A DNA stretch of 64,000 nucleotides from positions 19,907 through 83,906 of the forward strand of contig CAYZZF010000001.1 of NCBI GenBank assembly GCA_964483115.1. Direction: 5' to 3'. The notes under the pieces are model-generated. The model did not search any database. It was not told the origin of the DNA and worked only from the letters and a program-made list of their open reading frames with translations. The stretch's first letter is position 1; the number at the start of each line of letters is the position of its first letter. This DNA comes from an uncultured Gammaproteobacteria bacterium (GTDB lineage: Bacteria; Patescibacteriota; Microgenomatia; Levybacterales; UBA12049). The translations under genes and the position numbers were made by a program. Below, in pieces: positions 57,003-64,000 of this stretch.

Positions 57003-58214
57003 ATGAAAGTTGCTTTGTTATTTTATTCATTAACAATAAAAGGGGGGGGTTCAAGGCAGTTTTTACAATTAGCCAACTACCTACAAGATAAAGGCAACGA
57101 AGTAACTGTTTTTGCAATAGAATACAATTCCAGAGAATGTTTTCCGGAGCTTTGTAAAAAATTAAATATAATATCTCTTAATAAGGATAAGGAATTTTTT
57201 AACCACTCACAAGATTTTTCCATAAAGGAACAAATAAGAAATTTCTTTCTCGTATTTAAACTGGGATATTTAGTTTCCAAATATGATTTTCGTCTTTTAA
57301 ATCCTCATGAGTGGCCGGCTAGTTGGGCAGCGGTGGTAGCGAAGTTATTAAAATTAGGTAAACCTAAAATAATTTGGATGTGTAATGATTTATGGCATGT
57401 ATATAATCCCTACATAAAAAATTATAGCCTTAACTTCAAACTTAGAAGGATGCTTGATGTTTTTGTTACTAAGTATTTTGTTAATGACATAGTGGTTCTA
57501 GACAACAGAATTAAAAAATTGGTAAAGATTTTTTATAAAAAAAACGCAAAAGTGGTAAGAAGTGGAATTGATATCAAAAATTTTTTGTCTTTTAAGCATT
57601 CTGACTATAAAAACAAAACGATTAGAAAAAAATTAGGCATAGGAAGTCACGAATGTTTACTTATGTCTTTTGGTATTTTTTATCCTCAGAGAAGGTTTGA
57701 GGATGCAATTTTATCGGTCAAAAGTGTTAAAGATGACTTAAAAGTAAAAAAAGATTTTAAATATGCGATAATAGGGTCCAACAAGAGAGATCCTGATTAT
57801 TTTAATAAGATTAAATTAATGACTAATGAATATAAACTTGATAATTCTGTAAAATTTATTACAAGTTCGGTTAGTGATAAAGAATTGTTGTATTTTTACG
57901 ATTCATGTGACGTATTTATTTTTCCTAATGATAAGCAAACTTGGGGGTTGGCTGTAATAGAGGCAATGGCATTGGGAAAACCCTGTGTGGTATCTACAGG
58001 GTCGGGTGTTTCAGAGGTGCTTACCAATGAAGAAAATGCTCTTCTTGTGAAACCTAGAAACCCATCTCAACTGGCTTTAGCTTTAAAAAAACTCATCGAA
58101 AATACTGAAGATAGAAAAAAAATTGGAATTAACGGTAAAAAGCTTGTTTTATCCAATTTCTCTTGGGAAAAATATTCTTCAGGCATGTTAAATATCATGA
58201 GTAAATATGTCTAA
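57003..58214 (+). CDS. GT4 (GT-B fold) glycosyltransferase
   Basis: QTWGLAVIEAMALGKPCVVSTGSGVSEVL. Carries a G8 homopolymer at codons 13-15. Confidence 0.65.
   Translation: MKVALLFYSLTIKGGGSRQFLQLANYLQDKGNEVTVFAIEYNSRECFPELCKKLNIISLNKDKEFFNHSQDFSIKEQIRNFFLVFKLGYLVSKYDFRLLNPHEWPASWAAVVAKLLKLGKPKIIWMCNDLWHVYNPYIKNYSLNFKLRRMLDVFVTKYFVNDIVVLDNRIKKLVKIFYKKNAKVVRSGIDIKNFLSFKHSDYKNKTIRKKLGIGSHECLLMSFGIFYPQRRFEDAILSVKSVKDDLKVKKDFKYAIIGSNKRDPDYFNKIKLMTNEYKLDNSVKFITSSVSDKELLYFYDSCDVFIFPNDKQTWGLAVIEAMALGKPCVVSTGSGVSEVLTNEENALLVKPRNPSQLALALKKLIENTEDRKKIGINGKKLVLSNFSWEKYSSGMLNIMSKYV
57042..57049 (+). repeat. G8 homopolymer in the first 15 codons of the GT4 gene at 57003
   Basis: aaa ggg ggg ggt encodes KGGG. 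It is the only long G/C homopolymer I saw in this AT-rich window. Confidence 0.9.
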
Positions 58215-61200
58215 TAAGATAAAAAGCGCAATAAATTTGTTAATATTGTTTGCAATTTCAATACCATTTTTATGGTTTAAGAACGGTTATTTTATAGCTT
58301 GGGCCGATGGAACTTTACCACTTAGGCCCCTTAAGTATCTGGAAACACTAATATATATGTGGTCTGGTATTCCAAATAGTGGCAACCCGAATGTTGTTTC
58401 TCCTACCGCATTTATTTTATTTGGACCACTTTACTTGGTAAACTTTGTCGTTTTTCACTTTAACGTGGTTTCTTTACAAAAGATTTTCTTCTCTTTATGG
58501 TTATTTTTACCAATTCTAGCAACTCTTCTTTTGTATAACTATTTGTTTAAAGCAGATACAAAAAAATATCTATACATTTTTTTTGCAATTTTATTCTACT
58601 CATTCAACCTGTATCGCGCGGGAATGTTTGGCGATGTTGCTAATATGTCAATTTATGCGGCAGAGCCATTAGTCCTCCTTTTAGTAATTAAAGCAGTAAA
58701 TGAAAACAAAAACTTTTTAAAATATTCGATACTGATTGCCTTATCTTCTCTTATTGCCTCCGGAGCAGGCGCTAATCCGCCTATGTACGCAGTGTTTTTA
58801 CTACCGCCCCTTTTATATATTTTTCTAATATTAATTGAAAGTTTTATTAAAAAAAATTTCTTATCTAAATTTTACTCAATAGCAAAATTTATTGTTCTTT
58901 CCACTTTTATGTTTTTACTTGTAAATGCTTATTGGATTTTGCCATTTCTCTATCAATATCTGGGAGTCGCCGCGTCAAGCGGTTTAAAAGGAGCTAATCT
59001 TCTAGATTGGAGTTTAGGGACAAGTTCTGTAACAAGCCTTGCCAATATCATAAGAATGCAGGGGGCGTGGGATTGGTATTCGGGTGTCGGAAGCGATCCG
59101 TATGTCCCGTATGCAGCAAATTACCAGAATAACCCCGTTTTATTGTTTTTAGGTTTTTTGCTTCCTATTCTCGCCTTTGTGGCTGTTTATTTTGTCCGAA
59201 ACAGATATACAATATTTTTTACGCTTATTACTCTAATTGGAATTATTTTTAGCCAAGGATCGCATTCTCCTTTTGGGCCAATTTACAATTTTTTAACGGC
59301 TCGCCTTCCACTTTTTTGGATGTTTAGAAGCAGCTGGTATAAATTTAGTTTTTTGGTTGCGCTTGGCTATAGTTTTCTTGGAGCAGTGTCGGTTGCATAT
59401 ATTTTTGACATTTTGATTAAGCAAAAAAGAAAATTTCTAAATTTAAAATTAGCATACGCATTTCTTGTTTTTGTTATTGCGGGAACCCTAATTTATGCAT
59501 ATCCGTTTATAGACGGAGAAAAATTTCCAAAACCCGGCGTCCATAAAATTTTACCGGCAAGTCACATAAAAGTCCCGGATTATGTTTATAAATCTGCAGA
59601 TTGGATAAACAATCAAAAGGAAACTTTTAGAACTTTTGTATTTCCTAATATGCCTTCCTTTATCTATACTTGGGATTTTAACGGCCTGACCGATGTTTCT
59701 TTTTATCTTTATGATAAAGGAGAATTATTTACGTCAAATCAGGTGGGGACAACCGGATTGGGGAATTCTGTCGGCGATATTAATTCTCAAATATATAATG
59801 GAATTTATTTTAATGACTATGCTAATGCGCTAAGACTGGCAGGAATTTTGGGCGCAAAGTATTTGGTCGAGCGAAAAGACATAAGATATAATTTTTATGG
59901 AGGATACGATTCTCCCGCATTTGTTAACAAACAATTGCAAAATGCGCAAGGTTTAAAGCAGACAAATACCTTTGGAGAATGGAATTTCTACAAACTTTCG
60001 AATAATTACTTTTTACCCCTCTTTTATGTGCCAGAAAATTTAACTTATTCGGAATCTAGTGTATCTTCGATCGGAGATATATTAACTTTAAGTGATTCTC
60101 TAAAACAGCAAATTCTATTCTCCGATTTTAAAAATAACAGAGAAAATGTCGAAATTAGACCGTTAATAAATAATTATGTGCTAAAAGCAAATTGCATATT
60201 GTGTAAAAGCAATGGCCTAAAAGAAATAGAAGACAAAATTCAAATGCCTTTTGTGCAACTTTTGCCCGATTCTCCGTTTTACTTCTTGGTAAAAAACAAA
60301 GAGCAGAAACAACTCGCTACCTATAAGGGATTGCCTGATAAGGAGATTAGTCTTAATTTAGATTTATCTAATAGAAGGCTGGTAGAATTATCAAAAGTTT
60401 TGACAAGAGAGCAAAAAGATAATTCTGATACATTAATTAAAAATTTAATACAAAAATATAAAAATCATATTCAAGAAGCATTAGGTAAAATAAATAATCT
60501 TTCCGGAATTGAAAAAAATGAGAAACTAATAGAAATACTTGCCTATCTGAAAGTCCAAGACAAATTTTTAGAATTGTTGCCGGACACAGATAAAATTCCG
60601 CAATCTTTACTGCAGGACTTGTCTGTTTTTATTAGCGACACATTGAATAACTTAAGGTCTGAGATTTGGATGACGACAGAGAATACGGATGAAAAATTAT
60701 TTTTCAATATTAATGAAGACGGGAATTATTCTTTTAATATAAAAAATTCTCCGACCCCACCCTCAAAAATATTAATAGATGGAACAGAATACATAAAGGT
60801 AAAAGACATTCAGCTTACAAAAGGAACGCATAAGCTGGAATTAATCTATCCGCAGCCAGATAATCTTCTTGTCGCAGATAACGCTTCATCAAGCGGAGAG
60901 TTTGTTTTAAACTATGGAGAAAAGAAAACATTCGCAGTTAAGAGTTTCGACTATAAAAATACTTACTTAATAAAATTTGAATATAAAGTTTCAGAAGGAA
61001 AGGCGCCTAATATTATACTAGCTCAAGATAACGATCAAAAAGACTGGGACGGAAATTACAGCAGAACTTTGAATTCGGTTCTAAACGGTGACGGAAAATG
61101 GCATACATTTGAGTATGCTTTTACGCCAAACTTGGGAGCAAAAAACGCTTTTTTGCAATTTTATTCGTCCGGTTTTGATTATTCGCAAAGTAAATTTTCA

Positions 61201-61764
61201 ATAGAAAATTTTAATATTATCAACACTTTTGTCCCAGATGTATATTTAATAAAGAACATAAACCCCGTGCAGAATCTTATTCCTGGTATAACTTTTACAA
61301 AAATTAATCCTACGGAGTATATACTTAATATAAGTGATGCACAAAAACCGTTTATTCTAAATTTCGGAGAAAATTACGACAACGGTTGGAAAGCATACAT
61401 TGTTCAAAGTCGAAATTTCCGCCAAGAGCGAAGCTCGCCAGATGCGGCAAAATTAAAAAGTAAAAATAAAAACATTGTTGCAAGTTATTTTAATGGCAAA
61501 ATTAAGGAGTTGGGACCAGAAAATAATTTTATCGATAACAATTTTATCTCAACGCTTTTTTCAAAATCTGTATCCGAAGAAAATCATTTGAAAACAAACG
61601 GTTATGCAAACGGTTGGATAATAGACAAAAAAGGAGACTACGATATAATAATTCAGTATTGGCCGCAGAGACTATTTTATTTAGGCAGTACAATTTCATT
61701 TTTTAGCGTGGTCAGTTTATTAATTATTTTAGTTTTTAAAGCTATTAGTCATGAAAAAAATTAA
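58207..61764 (+). CDS. large (1185 aa) membrane protein: N-terminal polytopic GT-C-like domain, a roughly 700-aa extracytoplasmic beta-rich/carbohydrate-binding-like region and a C-terminal TM anchor
   Basis: About 12 N-terminal TM helices, then a long hydrophilic region, then a final TM (LFYLGSTISFFSVVSLLIILVF). The layout recalls AftD-type arabinofuranosyltransferases, but I cannot confirm that. Confidence 0.4.
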   Translation: MSNKIKSAINLLILFAISIPFLWFKNGYFIAWADGTLPLRPLKYLETLIYMWSGIPNSGNPNVVSPTAFILFGPLYLVNFVVFHFNVVSLQKIFFSLWLFLPILATLLLYNYLFKADTKKYLYIFFAILFYSFNLYRAGMFGDVANMSIYAAEPLVLLLVIKAVNENKNFLKYSILIALSSLIASGAGANPPMYAVFLLPPLLYIFLILIESFIKKNFLSKFYSIAKFIVLSTFMFLLVNAYWILPFLYQYLGVAASSGLKGANLLDWSLGTSSVTSLANIIRMQGAWDWYSGVGSDPYVPYAANYQNNPVLLFLGFLLPILAFVAVYFVRNRYTIFFTLITLIGIIFSQGSHSPFGPIYNFLTARLPLFWMFRSSWYKFSFLVALGYSFLGAVSVAYIFDILIKQKRKFLNLKLAYAFLVFVIAGTLIYAYPFIDGEKFPKPGVHKILPASHIKVPDYVYKSADWINNQKETFRTFVFPNMPSFIYTWDFNGLTDVSFYLYDKGELFTSNQVGTTGLGNSVGDINSQIYNGIYFNDYANALRLAGILGAKYLVERKDIRYNFYGGYDSPAFVNKQLQNAQGLKQTNTFGEWNFYKLSNNYFLPLFYVPENLTYSESSVSSIGDILTLSDSLKQQILFSDFKNNRENVEIRPLINNYVLKANCILCKSNGLKEIEDKIQMPFVQLLPDSPFYFLVKNKEQKQLATYKGLPDKEISLNLDLSNRRLVELSKVLTREQKDNSDTLIKNLIQKYKNHIQEALGKINNLSGIEKNEKLIEILAYLKVQDKFLELLPDTDKIPQSLLQDLSVFISDTLNNLRSEIWMTTENTDEKLFFNINEDGNYSFNIKNSPTPPSKILIDGTEYIKVKDIQLTKGTHKLELIYPQPDNLLVADNASSSGEFVLNYGEKKTFAVKSFDYKNTYLIKFEYKVSEGKAPNIILAQDNDQKDWDGNYSRTLNSVLNGDGKWHTFEYAFTPNLGAKNAFLQFYSSGFDYSQSKFSIENFNIINTFVPDVYLIKNINPVQNLIPGITFTKINPTEYILNISDAQKPFILNFGENYDNGWKAYIVQSRNFRQERSSPDAAKLKSKNKNIVASYFNGKIKELGPENNFIDNNFISTLFSKSVSEENHLKTNGYANGWIIDKKGDYDIIIQYWPQRLFYLGSTISFFSVVSLLIILVFKAISHEKN

Positions 61765-62131
61765 TATTTCTTTTACAGAAGCTAAAAATTACTTTATTTT
61801 TCACCAGCCGCATTTTTTATTCTTATTAATATTTGGATTAACATTATTGCTTTTTTCGACTCTGCCGTATTTCAATATAATACTCGTGCCGGAATTAATA
61901 ATAACATTTTTCTTTTTAATGTCTGTAATTGTTTTTAAGTTTAATGAGACTAAAATTTTTTATTCCGCCTTAGGATTATTAATATTAATTCCATTCTTCT
62001 TCAGTATCAAAAATAATTTTCTTGCTGAAAAAACAGGAGACATCGCATTTTTTATATTGATTATCGGATTTTTAAAGAGTTTTTGGAGATACTTAAAAGA
62101 GATAAAAACAAGAAGTGAAAAACTATTTTAA
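61751..62131 (+). CDS. small 4-TM membrane protein (GtrA-like size class)
   Basis: 126 aa with four hydrophobic helices, embedded between GT-C genes. Confidence 0.3.
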   Translation: MKKINISFTEAKNYFIFHQPHFLFLLIFGLTLLLFSTLPYFNIILVPELIITFFFLMSVIVFKFNETKIFYSALGLLILIPFFFSIKNNFLAEKTGDIAFFILIIGFLKSFWRYLKEIKTRSEKLF

Positions 62132-64000
62132 ATTATTTCTATTTGTATTTATTTTATTAACGCTAACAGTTTTTAAAAATTGGTTTTTTTTAAATCCCCT
62201 TTCTTCGGGTGACTGGAGTTATAACTTCAGCGAGTCTATAAAAACTTTTACAATTTTTCCTTACTCTTGGTTTTTTAACTTAAATGCAGGACTTGGGGGC
62301 ACAAGCCTTTTTATTTTGTCTTTGAGTTCTTATTTTTTATTTACAACATCTTTTTTGTTTAATTTTTTCAAAATTCCCTGGGTTTTAATAGAAAGATTGG
62401 TCTGGTTTTGGCCGTTTTTATTAATTTCTGCTTTCTCCTCTTATTTTTTGTTTAAAAAATTATTTTCTGAAAAGTTCGCATTACTCTCATCTTTTATTTT
62501 TCTTTTTAACTCCTACATCTTAATGATCGTCGGAGGCGGGCAAATGGGTGTAGCATTTGCTTATGCCATGGCTCCGCTAGTTTTATATGTTTTTATTAAA
62601 ACCATTGATTTTTTTAATTTTTCAAAAAATAATATTCAATTTTCAATTTTCAATTTTCAATTACCTTTACTTTCAGGGTTATTATTTTCAATTCTGGTTT
62701 TGTTTGATTTAAGGATTGCGTATATATGCATAACTTCCGTAATGCTGTATTTGGTATTAAATATAAAGTATAAAGTATCAAAAAATAACTTTTTGCGTAT
62801 CTTAAATTTAATTTCTTATTCTTTGATAATTCCGGCGGTAATTACATTTCTTTTGAATTCTTTTTGGATAATTCCGTTGATAGCAGGCGGGAAAAATCCA
62901 CTTGTAGAACTAGGCAGTGTTTACAGCTCTTTAGAGTCGGTTAAATTTTTCAGTTTTGCTAAATTTGAGAATTCTATCGGACTTCTGCATCCAAATTGGC
63001 CGGAGAATATTTTCGGAAAAGTCGGTTTTATGAGACCTGAGTTTCTATTTCTACCAGTACTTGCTTATGCAAGTCTGTTTTTTGCAGCAAAGATTAAAGA
63101 TTCAAGATTAAAGACTTATGTTATTTATTTTGCGTTATTAGGGTTAATCGGAGCTTTTTTGGCAAAAGGGGTAAACGAACCTTTTGGCAGAATATACCTT
63201 TGGCTTTTTAATCATTTCACGGGATTTGTGATGTTTAGGGACCCGACTAAGTGGTACACGCTAGTTGCAGTTTCATATTCAGTTTTAATTCCATTCACTG
63301 TATGGAAGTCTTATGAGTGGTTGAAGTCGCAATCAAAATTTCAAATCTCAAATTTCAAATTTCAAATAAGGTCCAAATCTCAAATTCTCAATTTTCAAAA
63401 CTTATTTTTTTTGCTTGTTACCGGTTACTTGTTGTTCTTAATTAGACCGGCATTTTTTGGTCAATTAACAGGCACATTTAAGCCCCATGAAATTCCAAAG
63501 GATTATATAAGGCTTGAAGAATTTTTAAGCAGTAAAAAAGACTTCTTCAGAATCCTTTGGGTTCCAGAGTGGCAGCGGTTCGGTTTTTTTTCCAATAACC
63601 ACCCGGCAATAGGAGGAGGGGAGATTTTTAAGAAAGATGCAGAAAATCAGATAAAACAGCTTAAACAAAAAGGTACAGAAGGCTTGCTTGAAGATCTGTC
63701 AGTCAAGTATATTATTATTCCTTATGATTCGGAGAAAGAGATATTTCTAAGAGACAGAAAGTATGATGATAAATTGTATGAGAAGAGCATAACTGAAACT
63801 AGGAAAATTAAATGGCTCAGGGAGATTGACGGCTTTGGAAAAATCAAAGTTTTTGAAGTCCCAAATCCCAAAGATCATTTTTGGAGCCCCTCGACTAACC
63901 TTCAAGTTAAATACAGGTATGTTAATCCGACGAAATATGAAGTTTATGTAAAAAATGCAAAAAAGGGAGACTTATTAGTATTCTCGGAGGGTTTTGATAA
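62115..64000 (+). CDS. polytopic GT-C-like membrane protein, 3' end outside the window
   Basis: The frame is open from a GTG at 62115 (VKNYFKLFLFVFILL...) to the window edge (more than 628 codons, no stop) and is not in the ORF track. It has multiple TM helices followed by a hydrophilic C-terminal region, and carries two degenerate heptamer tracts. Confidence 0.5.
   Translation, partial: MKNYFKLFLFVFILLTLTVFKNWFFLNPLSSGDWSYNFSESIKTFTIFPYSWFFNLNAGLGGTSLFILSLSSYFLFTTSFLFNFFKIPWVLIERLVWFWPFLLISAFSSYFLFKKLFSEKFALLSSFIFLFNSYILMIVGGGQMGVAFAYAMAPLVLYVFIKTIDFFNFSKNNIQFSIFNFQLPLLSGLLFSILVLFDLRIAYICITSVMLYLVLNIKYKVSKNNFLRILNLISYSLIIPAVITFLLNSFWIIPLIAGGKNPLVELGSVYSSLESVKFFSFAKFENSIGLLHPNWPENIFGKVGFMRPEFLFLPVLAYASLFFAAKIKDSRLKTYVIYFALLGLIGAFLAKGVNEPFGRIYLWLFNHFTGFVMFRDPTKWYTLVAVSYSVLIPFTVWKSYEWLKSQSKFQISNFKFQIRSKSQILNFQNLFFLLVTGYLLFLIRPAFFGQLTGTFKPHEIPKDYIRLEEFLSSKKDFFRILWVPEWQRFGFFSNNHPAIGGGEIFKKDAENQIKQLKQKGTEGLLEDLSVKYIIIPYDSEKEIFLRDRKYDDKLYEKSITETRKIKWLREIDGFGKIKVFEVPNPKDHFWSPSTNLQVKYRYVNPTKYEVYVKNAKKGDLLVFSEGFD
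62636..62663 (+). repeat. (TCAATTT)x3 plus one variant unit, in-frame in the terminal GT-C-like gene
   Basis: tcaattt tcaattt tcaattt tcaatta. Confidence 0.9.
63341..63400 (+). repeat. degenerate (TCAAAT[C/T])n tract (tcaaatc tcaaatt tcaaatt tcaaata ... aaatctc aaattct caatttt) in the terminal GT-C-like gene
   Basis: Read directly. Encodes KFQISNFKFQIRSKSQILNFQN. Confidence 0.8.

Noticed and set aside
6566-63400. Heptamer tracts as a CRISPR array or as coiled-coil heptad repeats
   Set aside because: The units are 7 nt with no spacers, so they are not CRISPR. The encoded peptides are only 9-10 aa and change register with each unit, so they are too short and irregular to be heptad coiled coils.

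Overview
AT-rich (about 30% GC), gene-dense bacterial chromosomal segment, almost entirely coded on the + strand. Codon usage and gene content fit an ultra-small Patescibacteria/CPR-like genome, but no lineage marker is present, so this is an impression. I found no rRNA, tRNA, CRISPR array or transposase. The window is essentially one large cell-envelope glycosylation island. From the 5' end it contains: a 5'-truncated MFS (DHA2) transporter; a four-gene module of secreted or lipoprotein cell-wall-active enzymes (an RlpA-like DPBB protein, a class A beta-lactamase-fold lipoprotein and two CE4 polysaccharide deacetylases) joined by Pro/Thr-rich linkers; about 17 polytopic GT-C-type membrane glycosyltransferases in several paralog families (3 YfhO, 3 tandem ArnT/PMT-like, 3 of a family I call family-A plus one orphan fragment, and others); 11 GT2 genes, 4 of them DPM1/GtrB/CsbB-like polyprenyl-phosphate-sugar synthases, and 6 GT4 glycosyltransferases; two Wzx-like flippases; an NDP-sugar block with galE, an RmlC-like cupin, RmlD, an RfbE/Tyv-like epimerase, a ColD-like PLP 3-dehydratase and an Fcl/ColC-like reductase; and three decayed genes (an HsdR-N restriction remnant, a four-helix-bundle protein with two in-frame TAA codons, and a C-terminal GT-C fragment). 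The most striking signal is at least 11 tracts of tandem heptanucleotide repeats (TCAAATC, AAACTCA, AAGAATC, CTATTT[A/G] and degenerate relatives) lying in-frame inside nine non-homologous envelope genes. Six tracts are perfect 4-unit (28 nt) runs, and the genome also carries a G8 homopolymer in a GT4 gene. Because the unit length is not a multiple of 3, every tract is a potential slipped-strand ON/OFF switch. I interpret this as a dense, previously undescribed contingency (phase-variation) system acting on surface glycosylation.
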